The notes beneath the pieces were generated by a model. The model was not told the DNA's origin. It did not search any database and saw nothing but the letters and a program-made list of their open reading frames with translations. The translations under genes were made by a program, and so were the position numbers. A stretch of DNA of 64,000 bases, taken from contig QCHY01000006.1 of assembly GCA_003216975.1 (NCBI GenBank), positions 13,972-77,971 on the forward strand, written 5' to 3'. Shown piece by piece: positions 39,192 to 50,729 of the stretch. Position 1 is the stretch's first letter, and each line of letters starts with the position of its first letter. The stretch is from Prochlorococcus sp. AG-402-I20. Lineage in GTDB: Bacteria; Cyanobacteriota; Cyanobacteriia; PCC-6307; Cyanobiaceae.

Positions 39192-40598
39192 TTATTTACC
39201 TTTTTTGTATCTTCTATAAAATCTCATTATTGCTAAACCGAGACTTCTAGGATCATGCCTCAAAGTTGGAGTAGCCTTTGAACCCTGAAGAGATGCTAAA
39301 TAAACCTTATAGCCTCTATTCAAAAGGTCTATTTTATTGCAACTAACTGGTTCAGCTCCTTTTGATTTGTAGTAATCAACCAATGGGGAGGGTTCTAATT
39401 CATCTTGAGCAAGTATTGAACTAAATATTTTTCTAGTAATTCCTCTAGATGCCAATTGCGCTTCGATAGCCCTCACATGCCCAGTGACATCAAGTCCATC
39501 AGTTTCTCCTGGTTGAGTCATCAAATTACATATGTATAGCTTTGGTGCTTTGCTCTTCTCAATCGCTTCAACTATTTCAGGAACAAGGAGATTTGGAAGA
39601 ATTGAGGTGTATAGACTTCCTGGCCCTATCAAAATAATTTCAGCATTTCTTATGGCTTCCAGCGCTCTTGGCAAAGCCGGAGGTCTTGATGGATAACAAC
39701 CAATTCTGATTATTGGTAGGCTAGCCTTTCCAATGGCTGATTCTCCATTTATTCGGGCACCGTTTTCAAGTTCCGCCCACAATTGAACATCAACATTAGT
39801 AGCTGGTACAACTTGACCCTGAACAGCTAGAACCCTACTTGATGCAGTGATTGCTGTCTCTAAGCTTCCAGTTATTGCAGTTAAAGCGGACAAAAAAAGG
39901 TTCCCAAAGCTATGTCCCTCAAGTCCACTACCGGAGGGGAAGCGATATTGAAACAAGCCTTTGATTAGTGGTTCTTCGGTTGCTAAAGCTGCTAAACAAT
40001 TTCTTATATCACCTGGAGGTTGCACTCCAAGTTCTCTTCTAAGTACACCACTACTTCCTCCATCATCAGCGACAGTAACTATTGCTGTGATTCTACTGCT
40101 ATATCTTTTTAAGCCTTTCAACAATGACGATAAACCTGTTCCACCTCCAACAGCAACAATGTTTGGACCTCTATTTAATTTTTGTTTAGCTCTTAATGCA
40201 TCAACTAAAAAAGTATCTTTTTTTGAACCTAAAGCCTGCTTAATAGATTCAAAACTCCTTCCTTGACCCCAAACCATAAGAGATATCCCTATTAAAAAAA
40301 CTATTGGTCCAGAAATAGTTCTTGGTATGAAAGTAGTTATGAATCCTAAAAACCAAAAAAGTATTTCAACAACCCAATAAATTGGTCGAAGATCAGCCCA
40401 AATCGAAGCTCCAATCAAAGCAATTAACAATCCCAATCCAGATGTCATCATCCACCTCTTCACTACTAGCCCTGGCAAAAGCCATCTAATAGCTCTTTTA
40501 AAGCGTGAGTAAAGCTGAAAAGACAAACTAGCGAAAAAGCTTTTACGCAAAGTAGATCTTCTAAATTTTCTTTTCCTTCTTTTGTTCAATGGATTCAA
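39192..40598 (-). CDS. YvcK/CofD-like gluconeogenesis factor family protein with N-terminal membrane segments
   Basis: VGGGTGLS, VTVADDGGSSG, PGDIRNC, GHSFGNL, GPGSLYTS, NLMTQPGET. Confidence 0.88.
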   Translation of the reverse strand: MNPLNKRRKRKFRRSTLRKSFFASLSFQLYSRFKRAIRWLLPGLVVKRWMMTSGLGLLIALIGASIWADLRPIYWVVEILFWFLGFITTFIPRTISGPIVFLIGISLMVWGQGRSFESIKQALGSKKDTFLVDALRAKQKLNRGPNIVAVGGGTGLSSLLKGLKRYSSRITAIVTVADDGGSSGVLRRELGVQPPGDIRNCLAALATEEPLIKGLFQYRFPSGSGLEGHSFGNLFLSALTAITGSLETAITASSRVLAVQGQVVPATNVDVQLWAELENGARINGESAIGKASLPIIRIGCYPSRPPALPRALEAIRNAEIILIGPGSLYTSILPNLLVPEIVEAIEKSKAPKLYICNLMTQPGETDGLDVTGHVRAIEAQLASRGITRKIFSSILAQDELEPSPLVDYYKSKGAEPVSCNKIDLLNRGYKVYLASLQGSKATPTLRHDPRSLGLAIMRFYRRYKKGK

Positions 40599-40716
40599 GT
40601 TAGAGAAGATTTCAACAAAGAGACCTAAATAATTAATTCATATAAACGCTAAATAAACTTCCCAATTCACGTATCTCATACAAAATGAGATAGGTAAACA
40701 AACATTAGGAGAGAGT

Positions 40717-41502
40717 GTGCCAAAAAACACTCAAGTAATGTTGATGAAAGATCTCAGTGTAGAACTGGGGTCAAATAAAGTTCTCAATGAAGTGAATCTT
40801 GCCATGCGTGCTGGCGAGAGACTGGCAATTGTTGGTCCATCTGGCTCAGGCAAGTCAACGATACTTCGCTTACTAGCTGGATTACTCTTACCGTCTAACG
40901 GAAGCCTTCAAATATCGGGCATTGAGCAAAATTATTTAAGGCTTGATCAAAACAACCCTCCCGACGTGAGATTAGTTTTTCAAAACCCAGCATTATTAGC
41001 ATCATTAACAGTTAGCGAAAATGTAGGATTTTTACTGTTAAAGCAAAAAGTTTTTTCCGAAGAGATTATTAATAAAAAAGTCATAGATTGTTTACAGAAA
41101 GTAGGTTTATACGATGTTGCAGAAAAATTTCCAAATCAACTTAGTGGAGGAATGCAAAAAAGAGTAAGTTTTGCTCGTGCATTAATTAGTGACTCAAGTA
41201 CAGGGAAAGACTCTATTCCACTTCTCCTATATGATGAACCAACTGCTGGTTTAGATCCAATAGCTTGTACTCGAATTGAAGATCTAATTATTAAAACTAC
41301 TGATGCTGCGAAAGGCTGTTCAATTGTAGTAAGTCACGTTCCCAGCACAATTGAAAGAACAGCCAATAGAGTTATTTTGCTTTACGATGGGAAGTTTAAA
41401 TGGGATGGATCTATAGATCAATTTAAACAAACTGAAAATTCCTATGTAAAACAATTTCGTACAGGTAATCTGCAAGGACCAATGCAACCTGAGGACTTAT
41501 AA
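40717..41502 (+). CDS. ABC transporter ATP-binding protein (MlaF/TGD3-like)
   Basis: GPSGSGKST, LSGGMQKRVSFARA, LLYDEPTAGLDP; paired with an MCE gene. Confidence 0.9.
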   Translation: MPKNTQVMLMKDLSVELGSNKVLNEVNLAMRAGERLAIVGPSGSGKSTILRLLAGLLLPSNGSLQISGIEQNYLRLDQNNPPDVRLVFQNPALLASLTVSENVGFLLLKQKVFSEEIINKKVIDCLQKVGLYDVAEKFPNQLSGGMQKRVSFARALISDSSTGKDSIPLLLYDEPTAGLDPIACTRIEDLIIKTTDAAKGCSIVVSHVPSTIERTANRVILLYDGKFKWDGSIDQFKQTENSYVKQFRTGNLQGPMQPEDL

Positions 41503-41506
41503 ATTT

Positions 41507-42352
41507 ATGCGTAGAAGTTTACGAGATGCGTTCGTTGGATTTTCACTATTAGGTGGATTAGTTATCTTTTCAGGCGCAATGCTTTGGCTAAGAGATTTTC
41601 GTTTGGGTTCTAAAACCTGGGAGATATCTGCAAGTTTCAAAGATGCAAGTGGTCTTGCCAAGTTGTCACCAGTAACTTATCGGGGAATAATTGTTGGCTC
41701 TGTAAAAAAGATTACTTTCACCCCAAACTCTGTTGAAACTAAAATCAAATTAAACAATGATGATTTAATTTTACCAAAACCTGTAATTGCTAAAATAGTT
41801 ACGAGCTCTATGCTTGGAGGAGATGCTCAACTATCCCTCATCTCATTAGGGAAATCATTAAATAGAAAAGAAATAATTACAGTAAAAAAAGATTGTCCTA
41901 ATCAAAGATTTTTGTGTAGTGGAGACAAGGTTAAAGGAGTAGAAATGGTTAGCATATCAAGCCTAACAGAGGGTATAAATGGAATTATTGATGAAGCAGA
42001 TAAGCAAGCAATAGTAAATAAAGTATCAGAGTCTATTCAACAATTTGACAGAACTCAAGCCAATCTTGATGAACTTGTCTTGTTATCTAAATCAGAACTT
42101 ATAAGAGCCAAACCTATAATTTCTGAACTTACAAAAGCTTCTATACATTTAAATAATATTCTTGAAAGCCTAGATAATCCAAAGACGCTAAATGATATTA
42201 AGGAACTCGCCTCAACATCTAGTTCTCTAACAAAGAAGATTGATCAAATGAGTTCAGACATGGGAAATATTATGGAAGACAAAGAACTTATAGATGCTCT
42301 AAAAAGGGTGACTATAGGTTTGAGTAAATTATTCGATGATATATATCCTTAA
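41507..42352 (+). CDS. MlaD/MCE family lipid transport protein (TGD2-like)
   Basis: N-terminal transmembrane anchor, FKDASGL...VTYRGIIVGSV MCE domain, helical C-terminus. Confidence 0.88.
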   Translation: MRRSLRDAFVGFSLLGGLVIFSGAMLWLRDFRLGSKTWEISASFKDASGLAKLSPVTYRGIIVGSVKKITFTPNSVETKIKLNNDDLILPKPVIAKIVTSSMLGGDAQLSLISLGKSLNRKEIITVKKDCPNQRFLCSGDKVKGVEMVSISSLTEGINGIIDEADKQAIVNKVSESIQQFDRTQANLDELVLLSKSELIRAKPIISELTKASIHLNNILESLDNPKTLNDIKELASTSSSLTKKIDQMSSDMGNIMEDKELIDALKRVTIGLSKLFDDIYP

Positions 42353-42363
42353 AACATAACGTT

Positions 42364-44538
42364 TCAGGTAACACTATTAATTGCATCCATTGCAATTGAA
42401 GCAATAGCCTTATCACTTGCCTTAGGTAATTGAACATATTTACCTCCAGAGGCCTCAGCCAAGTCTTTACCCATACCACTTGCAATAAATTTTCTTTCTG
42501 TATCAATTACAAGCAATTTGATACCAAGTGATCGATAACGAGAAGCAACATCAAGAACTTCTTGCTTCAAATCAGAAGGTTCTTCCCCATCAAGGACTGG
42601 TTGACCTAATGAAGTACTTAATGGAACATTTCCTCTACCATCTGTAATTGCAACTACGACAACCTGGCCTAGATCTCCAGTCGCCAAAGCATTTGCGCCT
42701 ACTCTTGCGGCTTGAGTCAAACCATGGGCAAGTGGAGATCCACCTCCGCAAGGCATTGCCTCAAGTCTCCTTTTCGCCGCAGTGATTGATCTGGTTGGTG
42801 GAAGCAAAACTTCTGCTTGCTCTCCTCTAAAAGGTATGAGAGAAACTTCATCTCTGTTTTCATAAGCTTCGGTTAGCAAGCGAATAACAGCTCCCTTGGC
42901 ACTTTGCATTCTATTGAGAGCCATGGAGCCACTTGCATCAACCAAGAAAATCACAAGCGCACCTGCTTTACGCTGAAGTAATTTCGCGCGTAAATCCCCT
43001 TCTTCAACAATAACTTTCCTATTTGGTTCTCTTTCCCTTCTGGCTTTTTGATAAGGAGCTGCAGCTCTCAAAGTTGCATCTACAGCAATTCTTCTAACTG
43101 GACCTCTTGGAATAATTGGTTTTACATATCTACCACGGTTATCACTTAAAACAGCTGAGCGACTTCCACTATTACCACTCTTGGATTTTGCAGATGAAAA
43201 CAGCAATAAATCGGGATCCACAGCACATGCTTCTGGATCAAGCATAAATTCTTCAGGGATTGGAGGAGATGACTCTTGATCTTGATCTTCTTCTTGATCT
43301 TCCTCTTGATCTTCTTCTTGTTCATTATTGTCATCAGAGTCTTCAGGAGGCGGAGGGGGTGGCTGCTGATCTTCTGGCGCTGGGGGTTCCATGTCCTCTT
43401 CTGAAGGCATTTGCATAGCCCTTGGAGCAATCACAAGTCTTACTGCAGCCTTTAAATCTTCTGCGTCCACTGAATCTCTACCACATAAAGCAGCATGAGC
43501 CTTTGCAACTCTTACAGCATAGAGCTCTGACCTATGTCCCTCTACGCCTCCACGAATGGCTTCTGTAACTAAGTATTCGATTTGATCCGCACTGATTTGA
43601 ACATCTGGGAGCCATTGCCTCGCCAAAAGTAATTGCGTTGATAGTGATTCTGTATCTTCAGACCATTTCTTAGCAAAAGCTTCACTAGATTGACCATGTG
43701 CAATGGCAGACTGAGTTATTTGAACTCTTTGTTCATTTGTAATTAATTGATCTGCAGACAGCACAATTGCAAATCTATCCAGAAGATGGTCCCTCAATGC
43801 CCCCTCTTCAGGGTTGTAAGTGGCAATCAAAAGTGGACGACATGGGTGACTTAGGCTTAATCCTTCTCGTTCGACTCTATTTTCACCTGCCCCAACTGAA
43901 GCTAAAAGGAGATTAACAATGCCATCATCTAACAAATTCAATTCGTCTATGTACAAAACTCCTCTGTGAGCTTCAGCCAATAACCCTGGCTGAAATACTG
44001 GAGTTCCACTTGACAATGAAGCAGCAACATCCACAGCGCCAACAAGCCGATCCTCGGTTACTCCTAAGGGGACCTGAACGAAAGGAGCAGGAACCACTTT
44101 TTTAGGGATATTTTCTAAGTCATTGGTATTATCGAGGCTTCCTATATTTTTTGTAAATAGCTTTTTAGTCAAATCATCCCACTCCCCTGAAAAAGAGGGA
44201 TCTAAATTTCTACCTGCTGGATAAATAAATGAATCATCATCATGATCATTATTAGCTAATTTTTCTAAATCAATTATTTCAATAGGAGGTAGAAGCGCAT
44301 GTAACCCTCTAGCTAAAACAGATTTACCAGTACCACGACCACCAGCAATTATCACTCCTCCCAAGCCTGGATCAACTGCGGCGAGCATTAAAGCAAGCTT
44401 TAAAGTTCCATGGCCTGTAATTGCAGCCAACGGGAAAGAACGATTAGCTCTATCCATTACAGCAGTGTCTTTTGAAGCTGAAGACATCTTGTTGTTATTC
44501 AATCCACTGGAAACCATAGGGTTGGATAAATCAAGCAA
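42364..44538 (-). CDS. chlD: Magnesium chelatase subunit D
   Basis: AAA+ [17 protein letters not shown], Pro/acidic linker, vWA VDASGSM. Confidence 0.95.
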   Translation of the reverse strand: MLDLSNPMVSSGLNNNKMSSASKDTAVMDRANRSFPLAAITGHGTLKLALMLAAVDPGLGGVIIAGGRGTGKSVLARGLHALLPPIEIIDLEKLANNDHDDDSFIYPAGRNLDPSFSGEWDDLTKKLFTKNIGSLDNTNDLENIPKKVVPAPFVQVPLGVTEDRLVGAVDVAASLSSGTPVFQPGLLAEAHRGVLYIDELNLLDDGIVNLLLASVGAGENRVEREGLSLSHPCRPLLIATYNPEEGALRDHLLDRFAIVLSADQLITNEQRVQITQSAIAHGQSSEAFAKKWSEDTESLSTQLLLARQWLPDVQISADQIEYLVTEAIRGGVEGHRSELYAVRVAKAHAALCGRDSVDAEDLKAAVRLVIAPRAMQMPSEEDMEPPAPEDQQPPPPPPEDSDDNNEQEEDQEEDQEEDQDQESSPPIPEEFMLDPEACAVDPDLLLFSSAKSKSGNSGSRSAVLSDNRGRYVKPIIPRGPVRRIAVDATLRAAAPYQKARREREPNRKVIVEEGDLRAKLLQRKAGALVIFLVDASGSMALNRMQSAKGAVIRLLTEAYENRDEVSLIPFRGEQAEVLLPPTRSITAAKRRLEAMPCGGGSPLAHGLTQAARVGANALATGDLGQVVVVAITDGRGNVPLSTSLGQPVLDGEEPSDLKQEVLDVASRYRSLGIKLLVIDTERKFIASGMGKDLAEASGGKYVQLPKASDKAIASIAMDAINSVT
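43275..43320. repeat. Short 12-bp tandem repeat in the ChlD acidic linker
   Basis: TCTTGATCTTC(T/C) units encoding [15 protein letters not shown]. Confidence 0.6.
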
Positions 44539-44590
44539 ATTTTTAAAAGTCTTTTAATATTCGCATGACTTATGCAAAACAAAAACAGAA

Positions 44591-45145
44591 TTGAAACTCG
44601 TCATCTCAATAGGCGCAAATATCCCTGGCATTCTTGGAGATCCCATAAGAACAATCGCTGCCATGAGGCCGCAAATAGAAAAAAGCATAATTGAGTGGAA
44701 TATTGCTTTAAATTGCCGAATAATCGACTCCCAAAATATTGATAAGTCTTTATCTTTTCAATGGGCGCCTCTATTTGAGACTGCTCCTTTAGGGGGGCCA
44801 GTTGATCAACCAAACTTTATTAATACTGTACTTGTTGTTGAGGGAGAGGATTTTGCAACGGTAACCCCAAATAAAAAAGCAGCTATCTGTTTGATGGAAA
44901 AATTTTTAGAATTAGAAAGAATTGCAGGTAGGAATAGAGAAAAAGCAGGAATTTTTTGGGGTCCAAGATCTTTAGATATTGACTTCATTTCTTGGGGAGA
45001 ACTGCACGTAAATTCAGAAACTCTTATTTTGCCTCATCCAAGATTAAGTGAAAGAAACTTCGTTTTAATTCCCCTTGCAGAGGTTTTATCAAAGTCTCAA
45101 GGAAAACCCAAACGTATCAATTCTCAAAAAATTTGGCCTGAATAA
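44591..45145 (+). CDS. folK: 2-amino-4-hydroxy-6-hydroxymethyldihydropteridine pyrophosphokinase
   Basis: ISIGAN, QPNFINTV, WGPRSLDIDF, LPHPRLSERNFVLIPL. Confidence 0.9.
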   Translation: MKLVISIGANIPGILGDPIRTIAAMRPQIEKSIIEWNIALNCRIIDSQNIDKSLSFQWAPLFETAPLGGPVDQPNFINTVLVVEGEDFATVTPNKKAAICLMEKFLELERIAGRNREKAGIFWGPRSLDIDFISWGELHVNSETLILPHPRLSERNFVLIPLAEVLSKSQGKPKRINSQKIWPE

Positions 45146-45196
45146 AACTCATAACCAAAATTACCTGCTTTTTCTAAAAAAATCAGTCATCCTAAT

Positions 45197-45775
45197 ATGA
45201 ATAGGAAAAAATGTATGTCTATTCCAGGACCTGAACCCTCAGAAATTGTTGAGACAAAAGCTTGTCTTGATGCAAAAAAAATTCGTTTTGAAATTAATAA
45301 ATTTCTTTTACCCAATTCAATGGAGGGTGAATTTGGGGTCATTCGGCATCCAGGAGCTGCGTTAGCAGTACCAATAACAGATTCCGGAGAAGTTATTATT
45401 CTTCGTCAATACAGATTTGCTTGCTCAAGAAGAATTCTTGAGTTTCCAGCAGGAACCTTAGAAGCAGGAGAAAGCCCACTGGAATCAATCAAAAGAGAAG
45501 TTCAAGAAGAAAGTGGTTACTCAGCCCAAAGATGGGACAATCTTGGAGAAATGCTTCCTTGCCCAGGATATTCAGACGAAACAATTCATCTTTTTCTAGC
45601 AAGAGGTTTAACTAAACTTAATCAGAAGCCTGAGGGCGATGCGGATGAAGATATTGAAGTACTGAAAATTACTCCCGAAAAGTTAAACGAAATCATTGCA
45701 AGTGGAAAAGAATCCCTTGATGGAAAAACCATTACTGCATGGTTCAGAGCATGCCAAATCTTGAATAAAAAATGA
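45197..45775 (+). CDS. NUDIX hydrolase (ADP-ribose pyrophosphatase-like)
   Basis: HPGA, RQYR, LEFPAG, Nudix box GESPLESIKREVQEESG. Confidence 0.9.
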   Translation: MNRKKCMSIPGPEPSEIVETKACLDAKKIRFEINKFLLPNSMEGEFGVIRHPGAALAVPITDSGEVIILRQYRFACSRRILEFPAGTLEAGESPLESIKREVQEESGYSAQRWDNLGEMLPCPGYSDETIHLFLARGLTKLNQKPEGDADEDIEVLKITPEKLNEIIASGKESLDGKTITAWFRACQILNKK

Positions 45776-47253
45776 CAAAGTTTCGATCAATATTTTGGCA
45801 TAGAAGAGATTTAAGAATTGAAGACAATATAGGTCTATTTCAAGCATCTAAAAATTCAAAATACCTCGTAGGAGTATATATTTTAGATCCCAATCTTTTA
45901 GATATCAATAGAACTACATCTGAGGCAAAAAATTGGTTTTTGGGCGAAAGTCTTTTAGAACTCCAAAAGAATTGGAAAAAAAGAGGAAGTCGTTTATTAA
46001 TATTGAATGGAGATCCTATTAAATTAATTTCTAAATTAGCGGACTTAATTAAAGCTGAATGTATTTACTGGAACGAAAATATTGAGCCCTATGAAATCAA
46101 TAGAGACAAACTAATTACAGAACTACTTTTAAAGGAGAAAAGAAAAGTATATACATTTTTAGATCAATTACTTGTTAATCCAGTTCATATCAAAACAAAC
46201 AATGATGAACCTTACAAAGTGTATGGACCTTTTTATCGTAAATGGATTAATTTAATCAATAAGACCAACATAGCAAATAATAATTCAATACAAATCTCAA
46301 GAACACCTGAAAATTTTCGAGGTCTAGATAAGAGAGAATTATCATTAATTAAAAACTCAGATTTAAACTATTGCATTACAAAAGAAAGTAAATATATTTG
46401 TGATTTACTTTCTTCAAATAGATTTAAGGATACTAATCTTTGTCCTTGCAAACCAGGAGAGTCTGAATCAATAAAGCAATTAAACTTTTTCATAGATTCA
46501 AGAGTAATAAATTCATATAATCAAGCAAGAGATCTTCCATCTTTAGAATCAACCTCTAATCTAAGTGCTGCTTTAAGTCTAGGGACAATAAGTTGCAGGG
46601 CAGTATGGAATGGGGCTCAAAAATCAAAAAATATGGCGACTGAAGAATATCAAATAAATTCTATTGATACTTGGATAAAGGAACTTGCCTGGAGAGAGTT
46701 TTATCAAAATGCTCTCATTAATTTCCCAGAGCTTGAGAAAGGTCCATATAGGAAAAAATGGTTAAATTTTCCATGGCAAAATAGGCCTGCTTGGCTGGAT
46801 GCTTGGGAAAATGGATTGACCGGTATCCCAATAGTTGATGCTGCAATGAGACAACTTAAGGATTCTGGATGGATGCATAATCGATGCAGAATGATTGTTG
46901 CTTCTTTTCTAGTAAAAGACCTTTTAATTAATTGGCAATTGGGGGAACTTTTCTTCATGAAAAGCTTAGTTGATGGTGACTTAGCATCAAACAATGGAGG
47001 TTGGCAATGGAGTGCTAGCAGTGGAATGGATCCAAAACCTATGAGAATATTTAATCCTTTTAGACAAGCTTCTAAATTCGACGAAGATGGTAATTATATC
47101 CGGAAATGGATTCCAGAGTTATCACATATATCGACGCCTAATTTACTTTCAGGTGATATATTTTTAGCGGAGAGGAATGGCTATCCAAAACCTATAATAA
47201 ACCATAAAAATCAAACACAAATATTCAAAGAATTATATTCAAATATTAAATAG
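45772..47253 (+). CDS. phrB: Deoxyribodipyrimidine (class I CPD) photolyase
   Basis: WHRRDLRIEDN, ELAWREFY, GWMHNRCRMIVASFLVKDL, NNGGWQWSAS, RIFNP. Confidence 0.93.
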   Translation: MTKFRSIFWHRRDLRIEDNIGLFQASKNSKYLVGVYILDPNLLDINRTTSEAKNWFLGESLLELQKNWKKRGSRLLILNGDPIKLISKLADLIKAECIYWNENIEPYEINRDKLITELLLKEKRKVYTFLDQLLVNPVHIKTNNDEPYKVYGPFYRKWINLINKTNIANNNSIQISRTPENFRGLDKRELSLIKNSDLNYCITKESKYICDLLSSNRFKDTNLCPCKPGESESIKQLNFFIDSRVINSYNQARDLPSLESTSNLSAALSLGTISCRAVWNGAQKSKNMATEEYQINSIDTWIKELAWREFYQNALINFPELEKGPYRKKWLNFPWQNRPAWLDAWENGLTGIPIVDAAMRQLKDSGWMHNRCRMIVASFLVKDLLINWQLGELFFMKSLVDGDLASNNGGWQWSASSGMDPKPMRIFNPFRQASKFDEDGNYIRKWIPELSHISTPNLLSGDIFLAERNGYPKPIINHKNQTQIFKELYSNIK

Positions 47254-47254
47254 A

Positions 47255-48424
47255 TTATCTTTTAAATATTTCCTTTATTTTATCAATTACATATGATTGC
47301 TCAATAGGTTTTAACTCGGGGAAAATAGGTAGGCTAATAACCTGACTGCATACTTTTTCAGTAATAGGAAGAGAACCTTCTTTATAACCTAATGTTTTAT
47401 ATGCAGGTTGCAGATGTATTGGTATTGGGTAATAAATTATTGTATTTACTCCATGCCCTTGAAGTTCGGATTTAAATAGATCTCTACTTAGACTATTAAG
47501 AACATCCTCTGAAGTGAATTTTAAATTTTTAACAAAAGAACTGTCCATTATCCTTATTGCAAATTGATTCCAAGAATGACTAGAATTATCAATAAAGGTA
47601 TTAGATGGTAATTTAATTGACTCAATAGTTGATAACTTGTTTATATAATTAATCGCTATTGATTTTCTTTGCTCGATCCATTTATTTAATCGAGATAACT
47701 TAACATTTAAGATTGCAGCTTGTAATGAATCAAGTCTACTATTATATCCAATATTTGTATGAAAATATCTCTTTGGCATCCCATGAATAGCTAATTCCCT
47801 AATTGTTTTTGCCAAATCAAAATCATTAGTAGTTATAGCTCCTCCATCTCCTGCTGCACCTAAGTTTTTTGTAGGGAAAAAACTAAAACAACCTACATCC
47901 CCATAACTTCCTACGGGTTTACCTCGCCAATGTGCACCAGCCGCTTGCGCACAATCTTCTACAACCTTTAGATTATTTCCTTCAGCAATTGCCATTATTT
48001 TATCCATATCTAGTGGATGACCAAATAAATGAACAGGCAAAATAGCTTTTGCTCTGGGAGTTATTGCTTTTTCTACTAAATCCAGATCCATAAGATAATT
48101 TTCAGGATCAATATCTACAAAAACCGGCCTAGCTCCAACTCTTGTAATTGCTTCTGCAGTAGCAAAAAAACTAAATGATGAGGTAATCACCTCATCACCT
48201 TGTCCAATATTGAGTGATCTTAAAGCAAGAATTAATGCATCAGTTCCACTATTACAACTAACTGAGTAAGAAGTTTCTGTAGCTAAGGCAAAAGCTTTTT
48301 CGAAGGAAGTTACCTCTTCTCCTCCAATATATTTTCCGCTTCTAAAAACCTTTATTAAAGCTTCTTCAATCTCTTCTCCAATTTCAGAAATTTGAGATTC
48401 AAGGCTAAAAGGAGGTATTTGCAT
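47255..48424 (-). CDS. DegT/DnrJ/EryC1/StrS PLP-dependent aminotransferase
   Basis: CNSGTDAL, PVHLFG, EDCAQA, FSFFPTKNLG, GYNSRLD. Confidence 0.92.
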   Translation of the reverse strand: MQIPPFSLESQISEIGEEIEEALIKVFRSGKYIGGEEVTSFEKAFALATETSYSVSCNSGTDALILALRSLNIGQGDEVITSSFSFFATAEAITRVGARPVFVDIDPENYLMDLDLVEKAITPRAKAILPVHLFGHPLDMDKIMAIAEGNNLKVVEDCAQAAGAHWRGKPVGSYGDVGCFSFFPTKNLGAAGDGGAITTNDFDLAKTIRELAIHGMPKRYFHTNIGYNSRLDSLQAAILNVKLSRLNKWIEQRKSIAINYINKLSTIESIKLPSNTFIDNSSHSWNQFAIRIMDSSFVKNLKFTSEDVLNSLSRDLFKSELQGHGVNTIIYYPIPIHLQPAYKTLGYKEGSLPITEKVCSQVISLPIFPELKPIEQSYVIDKIKEIFKR

Positions 48425-48475
48425 AACTATTTAAATTAAGTGCAACGATGAAGAATCAAAAAGATACTCATGAAT

Positions 48476-49096
48476 TCATCCAAACCACTCAGGCTCCATA
48501 CCAGGATGCCATTTGATGTTGCAACCAATAGAAGGTTTTTGATTAGCTGAAATATCTTCTCCCTTTAATAATGATTTGAGTGCTTGACGAATATCATCAC
48601 CAGAAACAGGTATTTCATTGCCAGGACGACTTTCGTCCATTTGTCCCCTGTATCTCAATGTTGAGCCTCCATCTGGAGAAGGCCAAAAAATATAAAAATC
48701 AGGCGTACATGCGGCTTTAAGCGCCTTTGCTAATTTTTGATCAGAATCAAATAAATATGGAAACTTCCATCCCAGTTGATTGGCCTGAGCGGCTAGGAAT
48801 TCTGGCGCGTCTTGCGGATGTGTTTTCAAGCTATTGCTAGAAATAGCCAAAAATTGAACGTCATCACCAAAAGAATTGAATAAATTTGTGATTCCACTTT
48901 CTACATGTTTAACAAATGGACAATGAGCGCATATGACCATCAAAAACAATGGTCTTTTTGTTAATTCAAAACTACTGATATGACTGAGACCTTTTAAAGA
49001 ATCATTCTGAGCGAGGCTCACGCCTGAAACCACCGCTAACTCAAAAGCAGGTAATTGAGTTCCTAATGGAAGCATTGTTGAGGCTGTTCGAACCAT
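48476..49096 (-). CDS. Thioredoxin-fold (AhpC/TSA-like) redox protein
   Basis: ICAHCPFV, AACTPDF, YRGQMD, PSIGCNIKW. Confidence 0.88.
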   Translation of the reverse strand: MVRTASTMLPLGTQLPAFELAVVSGVSLAQNDSLKGLSHISSFELTKRPLFLMVICAHCPFVKHVESGITNLFNSFGDDVQFLAISSNSLKTHPQDAPEFLAAQANQLGWKFPYLFDSDQKLAKALKAACTPDFYIFWPSPDGGSTLRYRGQMDESRPGNEIPVSGDDIRQALKSLLKGEDISANQKPSIGCNIKWHPGMEPEWFG

Positions 49097-49215
49097 AATT
49101 CTTATATTTTTTGGGGTAAGTGGATTACAGAACTTTTAACTATATATTCATTTAACTATGAGTCTTAGCCCTAAATAAGGGACAATTAGTAATACTAACC
49201 AAATGAATCCGAAAG

Positions 49216-49998
49216 ATGCTTCTCGATCTTAGTGGCAAAAAAATCCTTGTTACAGGAATAGCAAACAACAGATCAATTGCCTGGGGCATTGCACAACAGT
49301 TAAAAGCAGCTGGAGCTGAACTAGGAATTACATACTTGCCCGATGAAAAAGGTAGATTTGAAGCAAAAGTAAAAGAACTAACTTCTCCTTTAAATCCCAG
49401 CCTGTTCTTACCACTTAATGTTCAAAACTCTTCTCAAATTGAAGAAGTTTTTGAAGCCATTAAAAATCAATGGGGACAGCTTGATGGATTAGTTCACTGT
49501 TTAGCCTTTGCGGGAAAAGAAGAGTTGATAGGTAATTACAGTGCAACTTCTTCAGAGGGATTCTCAAGAGCCCTAGAAATTAGTGCTTACTCACTCGCCC
49601 CATTATGCAAATATGCAAAACCTCTTTTCAGTAAAGGTGCAGGCGTAGTGACATTGACTTATTTAGGAGCAGAAAGAGCGATTCCTAACTACAACGTAAT
49701 GGGAGTTGCTAAAGCAGCTTTAGAGGCATCCGTTAGATATCTTTCGGAAGAACTTGGTCCTGAAAATCAGGTTCGAGTAAATGCTATTAGTGCTGGGCCA
49801 ATAAGAACTCTCGCGAGTTCAGCTATTGGAGGAATTCTGGACATGATTCATAACGTCGAAGCAAAAGCTCCCCTAAGGAGAACCGTTACTCAAATCGAGG
49901 TGGGTAATACAGCTGCTTTCTTGCTTAGCGATCTTTCGAGTGGTATATCAGGACAAACAGTTTATGTGGATGCAGGTTATTGCATAAATGGAATGTAA
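49216..49998 (+). CDS. fabI: Enoyl-ACP reductase
   Basis: TGIANNRSIAWGIA, YNVMGVAKAALE, ISAGPIRTLAS. Confidence 0.97.
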   Translation: MLLDLSGKKILVTGIANNRSIAWGIAQQLKAAGAELGITYLPDEKGRFEAKVKELTSPLNPSLFLPLNVQNSSQIEEVFEAIKNQWGQLDGLVHCLAFAGKEELIGNYSATSSEGFSRALEISAYSLAPLCKYAKPLFSKGAGVVTLTYLGAERAIPNYNVMGVAKAALEASVRYLSEELGPENQVRVNAISAGPIRTLASSAIGGILDMIHNVEAKAPLRRTVTQIEVGNTAAFLLSDLSSGISGQTVYVDAGYCINGM

Positions 49999-50028
49999 TT
50001 TCAAGCAAACTCAAATTTCCAATCAAAT

Positions 50029-50640
50029 ATGAAAAAAACTAGAGAAGGAGAGATTAGCCGGAAAACTAAGGAAACTGACGTTTTTGTGAAAATTGATCTG
50101 GATGGTTCTGGGAAATGCAGTGCAAATACCGGGATTGGTTTTCTAGACCATATGATCCAACAATTATCTAGTCATGGATTATTTGATATTGAAGTAAGAG
50201 CTAATGGAGATACTCACATAGATGATCATCACAGCAATGAAGATGTTGGAATTGCTATTGGACAAGCTTTGTCAAAAGCATTAGGTGATCGAGTTGGAAT
50301 AAAACGCTTTGGTCATTTTTTAGCTCCGCTTGATGAAGCTCTTATTCAGGTTGTGGTTGATTGTTCAGGTAGGCCACATTTAAGTTTTAATTTAGATATT
50401 CCTTCTCAAAAAGTGGGCACTTATGATACCGAGTTGGTTAAAGAATTTTTTAGTGCTGTTGTGAGTAATGGAGGGTTAACTCTCCACATCAGACAACTGG
50501 CGGGAAATAATACTCACCACATAATAGAGGCTACTTTCAAATCTTTTGCAAGAGCTCTTAGGATGGCTACTGAAATTGACCCTAGAAGATCAAGTCAAAT
50601 ACCAAGCAGTAAAGGAGTTCTTGAACAGGCTGGTCAATAA
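50029..50640 (+). CDS. hisB: Imidazoleglycerol-phosphate dehydratase
   Basis: [35 protein letters not shown]. Confidence 0.97.
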   Translation: MKKTREGEISRKTKETDVFVKIDLDGSGKCSANTGIGFLDHMIQQLSSHGLFDIEVRANGDTHIDDHHSNEDVGIAIGQALSKALGDRVGIKRFGHFLAPLDEALIQVVVDCSGRPHLSFNLDIPSQKVGTYDTELVKEFFSAVVSNGGLTLHIRQLAGNNTHHIIEATFKSFARALRMATEIDPRRSSQIPSSKGVLEQAGQ

Positions 50641-50729
50641 AAACTTCATATGTAAATAAATCATTTTGACCTTGAGCTCGCAAAAGTAAGAAGTTTAAGC
50701 GAAAATCAAGTTCCAATCTAAGAAAAATA

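Noticed and set aside
43146-43430. Lys/Ile-rich 94-aa ORF within chlD, and the 12-bp repeat as a contingency locus
   Set aside because: Shifted frame of the known ChlD acidic linker; in-frame low-complexity variation is normal there.
45772-47253. Photolyase in a low-light strain as a novelty
   Set aside because: Established trait of low-light clade I Prochlorococcus.
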